A DNA stretch of 64,000 nucleotides, from positions 1,954 through 65,953 of the forward strand of contig CAMBFD010000003.1 in assembly GCA_945865625.1 (NCBI GenBank), written 5' to 3'. The notes beneath the pieces are model-generated. The model ran no database searches. It worked only from the letters and a program-made list of their open reading frames with translations, and was not told the origin of the DNA. Position numbers and translations under genes: made by a program. Shown here piece after piece: positions 19,078-28,098 of the stretch (position 1 is the first letter of the stretch; every line of letters begins with the position of its first letter). Source of the DNA: Chitinophaga pinensis. GTDB lineage: Bacteria; Bacteroidota; Bacteroidia; NS11-12g; UBA955.

Positions 19078-20772
19078 TTGTACTGTTTTAATGATTGAAT
19101 TTACGCCATACCCTGCTATTTCATAAAGGATTTCATTGCTGCCATGGGTGATGAATTTATCTGGAATGCCGAGGTGAATCCATTGTCCCTCAAAAGAATG
19201 ATTGGTTTCTAATGCTTGACCAAATCCGCCATTGATTATCCCATCTTCAATTGTAATCACGGTGGTATATTGCGTTAAGTCAATTGTTGGAAGTGGTTTT
19301 ATTTGCGAAAAATGCAAAAAATCGACATTTAAATCACCATCTTCAATGGCTTGTAAGGCAATGTTTGAGGCTTGTCCTGTTGAAATGATTGCAATTTTTT
19401 GATTGTTTAAATCGGTTTTTGGGGGAAAATAAATATTGGAATTATTTGGGGGTAAAGACCAATCGCATTCTTGTAATGTACCCTTTGGATAACGAATGGC
19501 AATGGGTTTGTTACATTCAATTCCATAGCAAATGGCGTCGCACAACTCTTGTGCATTTATGGGTGCGAAAATTTCTAAATTTGGAATGCAATTTAAGAAT
19601 GAAATATCGAAAGCTCCATGGTGAGTTGGTCCATCTCCTCCCACTAAACCGGCACGATCAATACAAAAAATAATTGGAAGATTTTGCAATGCAACGTCGT
19701 GAATGATTTGGTCATAAGCGCGTTGCAAAAAAGTAGAATAAATATTCACAATTGGAATTTTGCCTTTTGTTGCAAGTCCTGCTGCGAATGTTACCGCATG
19801 TTGTTCTGAAATTCCCACATCAAAAAATCGATTAGGAAATAGGTTCATGGCATTTAGCATTCCACAAGAACTTGGCATTGCCGGGGTAATTCCAACCACA
19901 TGTTCGTATTTTTTTGCCACCTCAATTAGGATGTCTCCAAAAACATCTTGCCATTTTTTAGATGGGATATCATTTGGTTGAATTTTGACATATTTATTTG
20001 TAGAATGGTAACGGGTTTGTTCTTTTTCTGCTGCTGTGTATCCTTTGCCTTTAATGGTTTTAACATGCAATAATTTTGGACCTTTAATTTTTTTGAGGGA
20101 TATAAAAGCGTTTGTCAGCTCTTTAATGTTATGTCCATCAATTGGGCCAACATAATCCAATCCAAACCACTCGAACCAGTTTTGAACTTCTAGAAAGTTG
20201 GAGCCCGTTAAATGGTGATTTAATGCACCGGTATTTGGGTCAATTCCTATTTGATTATCGTTGAGAACAATGGTAATGTTCAGATTTGAATCCATAAGGT
20301 TATTCAAAGCTTCATAGCTCATACCGCCGGTAAGTGCGCCGTCGCCAACAACGGCAATAAAGTTTTTTTCTAGTTCATTGTCAATTTTAGCAGCCATTGC
20401 CATTCCCATTGCCGCAGATATTGCGGTGCTAGAATGACCAGTTCCAAAATGATCGAAAGCACTTTCTTCGATTTTAGGGAACCCTGAGATTCCTTCAAAG
20501 TTACGGATCGAATGAAGTTTATCTTTTCTTTGGGTAAGTACTTTGTATGGGTACGACTGGTGACCAACATCCCAAATGATGGCATCATGATTTAGGTTGT
20601 ATTGGTTTAATAAGGCAACGGTTAATTCAATGACTCCCAAATTCGCGGCGAAATGTCCTCCGTGAAGCAGAATTGTTTCAATTATATATTCGCGTAATTC
20701 ATCAGCAAGTTCAGATAATTGTTTTTCTGAAAGACCCTGAATTTGATTTGGATGCTTTATGTTGCTGAGCAT
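19066..20772 (-). CDS. dxs: 1-deoxy-D-xylulose-5-phosphate synthase
   Basis: GGHFAANLGVIELTVAL, IWDVGHQSYPYKVLT, GDGALTGGM and AEQHAVTFAAGLA motifs. 568 aa, with a short form of the variable loop. Confidence 0.92.
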   Translation of the reverse strand: MLSNIKHPNQIQGLSEKQLSELADELREYIIETILLHGGHFAANLGVIELTVALLNQYNLNHDAIIWDVGHQSYPYKVLTQRKDKLHSIRNFEGISGFPKIEESAFDHFGTGHSSTAISAAMGMAMAAKIDNELEKNFIAVVGDGALTGGMSYEALNNLMDSNLNITIVLNDNQIGIDPNTGALNHHLTGSNFLEVQNWFEWFGLDYVGPIDGHNIKELTNAFISLKKIKGPKLLHVKTIKGKGYTAAEKEQTRYHSTNKYVKIQPNDIPSKKWQDVFGDILIEVAKKYEHVVGITPAMPSSCGMLNAMNLFPNRFFDVGISEQHAVTFAAGLATKGKIPIVNIYSTFLQRAYDQIIHDVALQNLPIIFCIDRAGLVGGDGPTHHGAFDISFLNCIPNLEIFAPINAQELCDAICYGIECNKPIAIRYPKGTLQECDWSLPPNNSNIYFPPKTDLNNQKIAIISTGQASNIALQAIEDGDLNVDFLHFSQIKPLPTIDLTQYTTVITIEDGIINGGFGQALETNHSFEGQWIHLGIPDKFITHGSNEILYEIAGYGVNSIIKTVQLAE

Positions 20773-20777
20773 TTTTG

Positions 20778-20785
20778 CAAAATTA
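20778..20785 (-). promoter_or_regulatory. -7 box TAATTTTG, 5 nt upstream of the dxs ATG
   Basis: Matches TAnnTTTG on the minus strand. Confidence 0.45.
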
Positions 20786-21109
20786 GGGTTTTAGTCTGAT
20801 AAAGTATTTTGAAAATAACCAAGTAAATTGTGAATTTGATTTTTGAGGGTTGAATCATTGATAATACAATATCTCTTTATTGTAATTTTTTTGTCATAAA
20901 AGTTCCACAAAATTGAATGATATGTGATAAAGTGCTTGTGTTTAAAGTATTTAATATCAAATATATAACATCTTTTATTTTGAAATAAATCAATGAGAAA
21001 TTAATGTATTGTTAAGGATAAAAAAATAAGCGCCGTAAAAAATTTAATTTATAGAAATATTTTCGGAAATTCGCAGAGAATTAAACAAATAAATCTACAA
21101 TTATCAACG

Positions 21110-21754
21110 ATGAAAAAAGATAAACAACAGAAAAAAGTAGTTGTTGAACCTAAAAAAAGAGGTCGCAAACCCGGATCCAAAAACAAGGTAAAATCTAAAG
21201 GAACTGGCGATAAAACTGGCCAAGCTGCTGTTTTTCAGGCTTTAGAAAAAGAAGTTCATAATTTAATTGAATCCATTCAAAAAGCGAAAGCTTTAGCGGC
21301 TAAAGAAATTGAAAAAATTGAAGCTAAGAATAAAAAGGAGATTGATAAAGCCCGATATAAAGCCAATTTGTCAATTAAACTATGGAAAAACAGAGCGAAA
21401 GATTATCGTTCAAAGTTAATAAATGGTGGTGCTGGAATTAAACGTTCAGTAGGACGACCAGCGAAATTAGTGACTAAAACAGCAGGTAAAAGAGGCCGTC
21501 CCGCAAAGTCTGATGGCAGAAAAGGTGGAGGGCGAAAGAAGGCTGGAGAACTAACGAAAAAAGATATCATTTTAAATTACATAAGAACTTTGTCGGCTCC
21601 AATTACTTCAAAAGATTTAATTATGGTTTTATTCTTGCAAAGTGGAGAAAACGATCAAAAGCGCTATTCTCAAGGTATATATACTACATTAACCCAAATT
21701 TACAAAACCGGTGAATTGAAAAATAATGGTGGTTTTATAGAATTAAAAAAGTAA
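21110..21754 (+). CDS. lysine-rich putative DNA-binding protein with three AT-hook-like motifs
   Basis: KKRGRKPGSK, SVGRPAKL and GKRGRPAKS, with a coiled-coil-like middle and a compact C-terminal domain. I recognise no family. Confidence 0.45.
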   Translation: MKKDKQQKKVVVEPKKRGRKPGSKNKVKSKGTGDKTGQAAVFQALEKEVHNLIESIQKAKALAAKEIEKIEAKNKKEIDKARYKANLSIKLWKNRAKDYRSKLINGGAGIKRSVGRPAKLVTKTAGKRGRPAKSDGRKGGGRKKAGELTKKDIILNYIRTLSAPITSKDLIMVLFLQSGENDQKRYSQGIYTTLTQIYKTGELKNNGGFIELKK

Positions 21755-22567
21755 TTTAACTTTAGTTACACATACAAATCGAGGGTTTTGAGAAAAATCC
21801 TCGATTTTTTTTGATATAAATTTTCGAGAAAATATTCTCAACACATCTTCGCAATAGTCTTGATGTGTTTCCATCCAAAGTTGAGCATTTTCATTGGTGT
21901 TTGATTCGAAAAAGTGATACAAAGCTTCATAAAATTCCATTACATGATCATTTACAAATAATGCCAAATGCGGTTCAAATGCAATCACTCTTTGGTCAAT
22001 GTCCTTTAATTCGTCCTTTGAAATGTATGGTGGGTTCGATACTATAAGATCGTAATCGTTTTCTTGGAAATCATTGTTTAAAAAATTGATATTTGAAAAG
22101 TGAATTCGATCCGTTAAATCATATTTTTCCGCATTTTTATTGGCCACTTCTAATGCTCCGGCGGAAATATCCCAAGCATCAAATTTCCATTCTTTACGTT
22201 CATTTAAAAGTGTGAGAGGAATGCAACCACTGCCTGTTCCAATGTCGATGCCTTTGATTTGCTGCGTTCCTTTATTTGAATTTAAAATTAATTCGCATAA
22301 TTCTTCTGTTTCTGGTCTCGGTATGAGTGTTTGCGAATCTGTAAAATATTGGTAACGATGAAAAAACGCATATCCAAAAATATATTGAATTGGCTTGCCA
22401 CTTAATAATTCATCTATCCAAAATTTATATTGCGCACTTCGATCATTTTCGTCGACAATATTCACCAAATTCTCCTCGAACCATTTCCAAAATTGATTGA
22501 TTTCGGTTACATTGAATAAGTTTTCACAAGATTCTTTAAAATCTTTTTTAATTTCTTGGAGTGTCAA
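21743..22567 (-). CDS. prmC: peptide chain release factor N5-glutamine methyltransferase
   Basis: DIGTGSGCI SAM motif and the IVSNPPYI catalytic NPPY motif. Confidence 0.88.
   Translation of the reverse strand: MTLQEIKKDFKESCENLFNVTEINQFWKWFEENLVNIVDENDRSAQYKFWIDELLSGKPIQYIFGYAFFHRYQYFTDSQTLIPRPETEELCELILNSNKGTQQIKGIDIGTGSGCIPLTLLNERKEWKFDAWDISAGALEVANKNAEKYDLTDRIHFSNINFLNNDFQENDYDLIVSNPPYISKDELKDIDQRVIAFEPHLALFVNDHVMEFYEALYHFFESNTNENAQLWMETHQDYCEDVLRIFSRKFISKKIEDFSQNPRFVCVTKVKLLF
21777..21812 (+). terminator. terminator of the AT-hook gene, embedded in the 3' coding end of convergent prmC
   Basis: AATCGAGGGTTTT-GAG-AAAAATCCTCGATT followed by T7. Confidence 0.7.
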
Positions 22568-22571
22568 TTTG

Positions 22572-25274
22572 TTATTTATTTAAAACCGTGAATCGAATGA
22601 CTTGTTTGCAAAGGTCAGCATTTGGCAAGAAAGCTTCAAGTTTTAAAATATAATTTTCTGGTGGAAGTATTTGAAACTGATAATAGGGTATAATATTGAT
22701 GAATCCTTGGCTAGATGACCTGAAATTCTGGACGCAATTCATTAAAAAGATTCCATTTTTATTGTAAATATCTACTTTAATTATATATCCTGGTTTGTTA
22801 AATGCATAATCTAGAATGAGTGTTTCATTGCCAATGATGGTATTTTTACGTATTGAAAAATGATTTTTGTTTGGTGATTGGGATAGTTGAACTTTTACAG
22901 AGTTTTCTTTGCCTGGGGTTCCGTAGTGTTCCGTTTGTGTGGCGCTACTCCATGAATTAAGTTCACTACTGTGTAAGTTTTCATTCAGCTTTTCTAATGA
23001 AATTCCTGTTGTTTCATCATAAAAAGCACAGTGCATTTTGTCATTGTAATGTAATTTGCTCAAATCTCTAGAACCCGAGTTTAGATGAATCACTCCAAGT
23101 TCGCCAGATTGACTTGTGAAATTTGGGAACCCACTTTTTTCAATGATTTTATGTTTGTTTGAATAAGGAAATTGCATGAGCGTTTGAGATTTTTCGCTTG
23201 TGAAACATATATATTCCTGTGGATACAAAAGCCATCTATTCGAGTTTTTTAGAGGGAATTGATACTTTATACTTGTTGCATCATCTTGGTAAATATTGAA
23301 AACAAACTGTTCCAAAAAAATTGCTGATGTATCGTTGTTTACAAATTCAATGTAATCAGGATTCCCTGCAAAGTTGTGAAACAAAATTTCGTTAAAATCG
23401 AGTTTGTTGAAGTTGTAACTATATTGGTATGAAATATTTAAACTGTCTTTTTCAAATATCATTGTATCAAATTCAACTAATTTATTGATCTTCAACTTCG
23501 TTTTTCCATTCAGTTGAAATGGTAAATTTCCTGCAAGTATCTCATTGTGTATTATGCCTAATTGTACTTTGTATCCATTGTAATTTGCTGCGAATTTTGA
23601 ATTTGGATTTAATGTACAATTGACTCTTATGTAAACTGAATCTGAAGTGTGGTATGCTTCAATGATTTTTAAATTTTGAGGGACATAAACTTCATCTTTA
23701 ACTTTTGGTTTTCCTGGAGATCCTCCAATTTGCTTATTGCTAACCCAGTTTTCGCATTCTTGTGTGCCAAAATCAATATCTATTTTCTCAAGTGAATACC
23801 CGCCATTTCGATGGTCAATATCCATCAAATTTTCATGGTAATACATTTGAAAGAGAATATGGTTTTTTTTTGTTTTAAGTATCACATAATCATTATCTTG
23901 ATTGAAACTTGGAAATGAATTCACACCCAAAAAATTGGTAAATTTAAAGTCTGTGGTATCACCTTTATACCCAATTGCCAAATACTCTTTTGGTTTGATA
24001 ATATAATTTGGTAGATAGCATAGAGTATATTGATCGCTTAGAATTAAGCAATTGGCATTAAAATATTGGTTGGTTGAATTGTAAATTTCTACGTACTTTT
24101 TTTCAGGAAGCAACCCCAAAGTTGGACTAGGTTTTACCATGATTTCCGTGAGAATGATATCTCCGAATTTTGGCGTGTCAACATAAAGATATTTACATAC
24201 GCCAATCTCGTTATAAGCGGTATTGCCATTTAAATCGCTGAGTTGTTTAATTTGTATTTTCAATGTATCTGACGACAAATGTTCCTTGTTTTGTAAAATA
24301 CAATTCACAATAGTAGAATCGTAATTGAATGAAAAAGAATCAATGGATATTTGTTTACAAGTTATATCATCATTTTTGATATTGCGAATTGGTTCTGAAA
24401 AAGAAATTTCGATGGTATTGTTTTTGATTTGTTTGATAGATCTTATTTTAGGTGGAATTGTGTCGTTTCGAATTTGTCCAAAATATATATTTTGAAATGA
24501 ATGTTTGCCAATAGCTGAGCTTCCATATTGTGTTATTTGAATAAATCCATTTGTGCAATTTAACTTTCGTTTATTTAATTGAATGGCGTATTCTTTTTTT
24601 GTTTTATCAATTAAGTTTACCTGCACAATTTTTAAAGTGTTATTTGATATTGTAATTTTAAAATTAAGGCTCAATTTTGAAACATTAAATTCTCTTTCTA
24701 ATCCACTTAATTGTTGGCTGTCTTGCAGAAAAATTTGCAACTGATCGAGCGTATTTCCAAGTCGAATGAATGTTGATTTTTGAATGCTGTCTGAGAAACC
24801 AAAATCAATAAAATTAGCACTCGATAAATTAATGTCGCAATTTATAGTTGCTTCAAATTCAAAAGCATTGGACTGATTGGTTAGAAATTGAATGCCAAAA
24901 TTGTGTTTTGAAAGATTGGTTGAATTCGATTTTAGGCTTGCATTTCCTCGAATAAATTTGGCAGTGTCGCCTGAAATATTACTGGGCCAATACGGCGTTA
25001 AAAAACTGTCGTTAAAGTTGGTTTGGCAGTAAATATCCCTCAAAAGAAAGAAAAAAATGAGGGTGATAATTATTTTAATAGGTTCTGTTTTTCCAATAAA
25101 CTTTTTTCTGGAAAGCTGAAAAAATACCGAGGGCAGGAATGAATAAATTCTGGAAAATTGATGCGTATAAGATCTCTGAGAAATTGGTCTTTTGGTTGAA
25201 TGTTTTAAAAATTTGGCGAATGCAAAAAACATCTGAAAAAAGTTTTCCAAGCCATAGGATTGCTGTGATTTCAT
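22572..25274 (-). CDS. large secreted or membrane-anchored lamin-tail-domain (LTD) protein; start codon unresolved
   Basis: ILTEIMVKPSP...KKYVEIYNST is an LTD-like motif. A hydrophobic segment IKIIITLIFFFLL begins exactly at the stop of the upstream GT2 gene. The track start at 25274 overlaps that gene by 200 nt. Confidence 0.55.
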   Translation of the reverse strand: MKSQQSYGLENFFQMFFAFAKFLKHSTKRPISQRSYTHQFSRIYSFLPSVFFQLSRKKFIGKTEPIKIIITLIFFFLLRDIYCQTNFNDSFLTPYWPSNISGDTAKFIRGNASLKSNSTNLSKHNFGIQFLTNQSNAFEFEATINCDINLSSANFIDFGFSDSIQKSTFIRLGNTLDQLQIFLQDSQQLSGLEREFNVSKLSLNFKITISNNTLKIVQVNLIDKTKKEYAIQLNKRKLNCTNGFIQITQYGSSAIGKHSFQNIYFGQIRNDTIPPKIRSIKQIKNNTIEISFSEPIRNIKNDDITCKQISIDSFSFNYDSTIVNCILQNKEHLSSDTLKIQIKQLSDLNGNTAYNEIGVCKYLYVDTPKFGDIILTEIMVKPSPTLGLLPEKKYVEIYNSTNQYFNANCLILSDQYTLCYLPNYIIKPKEYLAIGYKGDTTDFKFTNFLGVNSFPSFNQDNDYVILKTKKNHILFQMYYHENLMDIDHRNGGYSLEKIDIDFGTQECENWVSNKQIGGSPGKPKVKDEVYVPQNLKIIEAYHTSDSVYIRVNCTLNPNSKFAANYNGYKVQLGIIHNEILAGNLPFQLNGKTKLKINKLVEFDTMIFEKDSLNISYQYSYNFNKLDFNEILFHNFAGNPDYIEFVNNDTSAIFLEQFVFNIYQDDATSIKYQFPLKNSNRWLLYPQEYICFTSEKSQTLMQFPYSNKHKIIEKSGFPNFTSQSGELGVIHLNSGSRDLSKLHYNDKMHCAFYDETTGISLEKLNENLHSSELNSWSSATQTEHYGTPGKENSVKVQLSQSPNKNHFSIRKNTIIGNETLILDYAFNKPGYIIKVDIYNKNGIFLMNCVQNFRSSSQGFINIIPYYQFQILPPENYILKLEAFLPNADLCKQVIRFTVLNK

Positions 25275-26241
25275 AGTATTGTTGAAACAATGAAATCAGG
25301 GTTATTCCCCAAAAAATTAAGAAAAATAAAGCGAGTAAAATTTGCGATTTTGCGGTATTTTTTGTCTTTTGAGACATTGTTTTCCGAATCCAACGAACAC
25401 GTTGTTGCCAGAAATCGTTCATATTTTCAACCACATTTGTGTATATGGCACTTTCGGGATTGGAGACGGAAATGACTTTTAATGAATTAAAATTATAGAA
25501 AGCTTCCAATGCAAAAATATCATCGCCGCCCGCAATGTTTTGGTTTGATTTAAAAGGATTTAATTTTAAGAAAATTTCTTTGTTAAACATCAAGTTTGCG
25601 CCATTTGCCATTGTTGGTTTTCCAGATTTAAATTGATACAGTCCAAGCGCCACCAAACATGTATTTTCAATTTTTTGATAACACTGTAATGGATTTGAAT
25701 TGGAGGTTTTAAAGAAAACTGGCCCAATGCAAAAATTAGCTTCATTTTGAAGGTATTCTTGCATGAGTGTGTCAATGGTTTTTTCTTGAAATTGGCAATC
25801 GGCATCTGTTGTAAGGACGATTGGGTAGGTTGCGCTTTCAACACCGATTATAATTGCACTTTTTTTGCCAGTTTCATTTACAGAGAGTTGAAGTAATTTG
25901 CAATTAAATTTTTGAAATGATGGATGATTTCGAATTGTGTTCGATGTTTCATCGATGCTATGGTCGTCGACGAAGAGGAATTCTAAATTTATGGATGATT
26001 GAATCTCAAGTATAGAATTTAACAATGGCAATATTCTCTTTGCTTCGTTGCGAAAAGGAATAATAATTGATAATGTTTGAGCGTTGAGGAGAATAGTTGC
26101 TGGTTTGTGATCTTTTCTTTTTTGGGTAAATGTCTTTGAAATATCCCTCCAAATAATGAAGTAACTGAAAATCAGTAAAACGGAAAGTAAAAGAAATAAA
26201 TGGTGAATTTGAATGGGTAATATTTGAAAACAAAGAATCAC
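25075..26241 (-). CDS. membrane-bound family 2 glycosyltransferase
   Basis: SIIIPFRNE, FVDDHSIDET, TDADC and QRVRW-like (QQRVRWIRK) motifs, flanked by TM segments. Confidence 0.8.
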   Translation of the reverse strand: MILCFQILPIQIHHLFLLLSVLLIFSYFIIWRDISKTFTQKRKDHKPATILLNAQTLSIIIPFRNEAKRILPLLNSILEIQSSINLEFLFVDDHSIDETSNTIRNHPSFQKFNCKLLQLSVNETGKKSAIIIGVESATYPIVLTTDADCQFQEKTIDTLMQEYLQNEANFCIGPVFFKTSNSNPLQCYQKIENTCLVALGLYQFKSGKPTMANGANLMFNKEIFLKLNPFKSNQNIAGGDDIFALEAFYNFNSLKVISVSNPESAIYTNVVENMNDFWQQRVRWIRKTMSQKTKNTAKSQILLALFFLIFWGITLISLFQQYYEITAILWLGKLFSDVFCIRQIFKTFNQKTNFSEILYASIFQNLFIPALGIFSAFQKKVYWKNRTY

Positions 26242-26741
26242 AGTTGGTGGGCTTCAATGATTTTTCTTTCAATTGCGGAGGTTGAAAATCCTGGAATAAA
26301 TTCAATTGTTTTTACAGTACCACCATGTTGAATAACCCAATCGGCACCAACAATATTTTCAATGGTATAATCAGCGCCTTTAACCAAAATATCAGGAGTT
26401 AGGATTTCAATGATTTCTTTTGGTGTATCTTCATTAAAAAGCACAACTGCATCTACAAATCCTAAACTAGCCATCACATGAGTTCTTGAGAATTCGTTTT
26501 GTAAAGGTCTAGCAGGAGATTTATCTAAACGCTGAACTGAAATGTCGGTATTGAGTGCAACAATGAAAAAATCACCAAGTTGAGAGGCCTGCTCAAGGTA
26601 TTTAACATGCCCAGCGTGAAGAATGTCGAAGCAGCCATTTGTAAATACAATTTTTTTACCTTGCGCTTTCACGAGGCTTATTTTGGATTCAATTGAGCTT
26701 GAGTCCCAAATTTTGTTAGCTGAGTTTGTTTTTTGCATCAA
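26238..26741 (-). CDS. RfaE/HldE domain II-like nucleotidyltransferase (D-beta-D-heptose 1-phosphate adenylyltransferase-like)
   Basis: KKIVFTNGCFDILHAGHVKYL ... IVALNTD ... RP ... PDILVKGADY is collinear with E. coli HldE domain II. Confidence 0.8.
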   Translation of the reverse strand: MMQKTNSANKIWDSSSIESKISLVKAQGKKIVFTNGCFDILHAGHVKYLEQASQLGDFFIVALNTDISVQRLDKSPARPLQNEFSRTHVMASLGFVDAVVLFNEDTPKEIIEILTPDILVKGADYTIENIVGADWVIQHGGTVKTIEFIPGFSTSAIERKIIEAHQL

Positions 26742-27687
26742 TTTTTTGAATTTCTAAAAACAATAATAGGTAGCAAATGGCACCTATTGAAATATGAAAA
26801 ATATTGGAAAATGCGATGTTGAAAATTCCGAAGGTTTGCGATTGAGCATGATCCATGTGGTAAATAAATTCAAGTCCATAAGCAATTACGGCCCAAACAC
26901 CAGCTCCACCAGGAAGAGGAATAACCACCCCAACGGCAGAAAAAATGAGTAGTCCAAGGGCATTGGTAATTGTAAAGTGTTCAGTAATGCCCAGGGCATG
27001 AAGTTGGAAATACATACCTATCCAATAGCCAACCCAAATGCCAAAAGAAATCAATGCAAATAAAAATGGTTTTTTCAGTTGAAAGATACTTTTGATACCT
27101 GTCATCAAACGGCCTATCAAACTATCTTGGTTGTTTTGACTTCCTTTGATCAATTTTTTCCAGGCAAATACGGCAATAAATGCAAAAATCGGAATAAAAA
27201 TGAGGACCCAAAGATTATTTAGTACGGGTGTGAAAACATATTGATTTGCAAAACCAAAGAATTGGTCGAATTGTAAAAGTAAACACAAAACGGCCATAAC
27301 GAACATAAAAATAAGGTCTACAATACGTTCGGTAATTACAGTTCCAATGAGAATTTCAACGGGTACTTTTTCGCTTTTTGTGGTTAGAGCACAGCGCACA
27401 ACTTCCCCACCTCGTGAGGTTGCAGCATTCACCAAATATCCAACCATAACTGAATAAAAAGTTCTTCTATGATTCAGTTTGTAGTTTGCCGTTTCGGTAA
27501 GCATATTCCATCTGTAAGCTCTCAAAAAATGAGCCAAAAGCATGGTTAAACTACCTAAACCAATCATTCCATAATTTGCGTCTTTGATTGATTGTATTGT
27601 GCTATTCCAATCGGTATTCAACCCAATGAAACCAAATACAACAATTGCGAGCACAATCATGATGATTGTGGAGAGGTGTTTTTTCAA
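26716..27687 (-). CDS. UPF0104 / lysylphosphatidylglycerol-synthase-TM-region family flippase-like membrane protein
   Basis: About 8 TM segments and an IPLPGGAGVW motif. Confidence 0.65.
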   Translation of the reverse strand: MKKHLSTIIMIVLAIVVFGFIGLNTDWNSTIQSIKDANYGMIGLGSLTMLLAHFLRAYRWNMLTETANYKLNHRRTFYSVMVGYLVNAATSRGGEVVRCALTTKSEKVPVEILIGTVITERIVDLIFMFVMAVLCLLLQFDQFFGFANQYVFTPVLNNLWVLIFIPIFAFIAVFAWKKLIKGSQNNQDSLIGRLMTGIKSIFQLKKPFLFALISFGIWVGYWIGMYFQLHALGITEHFTITNALGLLIFSAVGVVIPLPGGAGVWAVIAYGLEFIYHMDHAQSQTFGIFNIAFSNIFHISIGAICYLLLFLEIQKIDAKNKLS

Positions 27688-27690
27688 AAT

Positions 27691-28041
27691 CTAGACAGTT
27701 AATCGGTTGTTTTGACCGGGAAAAATATTCTTGGGTTGGTACAATTGGGCTTTCTCAATTTCCATAGAAACAAATGTCATGATAATGAGCTCGTCGCCTT
27801 TTTGTCCTTTTCTCGCTGCTGCTCCGTTCAGTCCTATGATTCCTGAACCTCTTTCACCTGCAATGATGTAAGTTTCGAATCTTTCGCCATTGTTATTGTT
27901 AACAATGAGTACTTTTTGATTTGGAATCATACCTGCAGCATCTACCAAATCCATATCAATGGTAATGCTTCCTGTGTAGTTCAACTCAGTTTGAGTTAAA
28001 CGAACATTGTGAATTTTTGATTGAAGTACTTCGATGTACAT
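27691..28041 (-). CDS. panD: aspartate 1-decarboxylase
   Basis: LQSKIHNVRLTQTELNYTGSITID includes the G-S self-cleavage site. 116 aa. Confidence 0.92.
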   Translation of the reverse strand: MYIEVLQSKIHNVRLTQTELNYTGSITIDMDLVDAAGMIPNQKVLIVNNNNGERFETYIIAGERGSGIIGLNGAAARKGQKGDELIIMTFVSMEIEKAQLYQPKNIFPGQNNRLTV

Positions 28042-28048
28042 GTTGCTG

Positions 28049-28056
28049 CAAAGTTA
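28049..28056 (-). promoter_or_regulatory. -7 box TAACTTTG, 7 nt upstream of the panD ATG
   Basis: Matches TAnnTTTG on the minus strand. Confidence 0.45.
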
Positions 28057-28098
28057 ATTTTAAAAAATGTAATCGCAATCAAATACATATAATGTTTG

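Noticed and set aside
19066-20772. Dxs is only 568 aa, so it might be a truncated gene or pseudogene.
   Set aside because: All the conserved blocks I can recognise are present in one uninterrupted frame, from the N-terminal GGHFAANLG to the C-terminal domain. The difference is explained by a shorter variable loop after NHHL.
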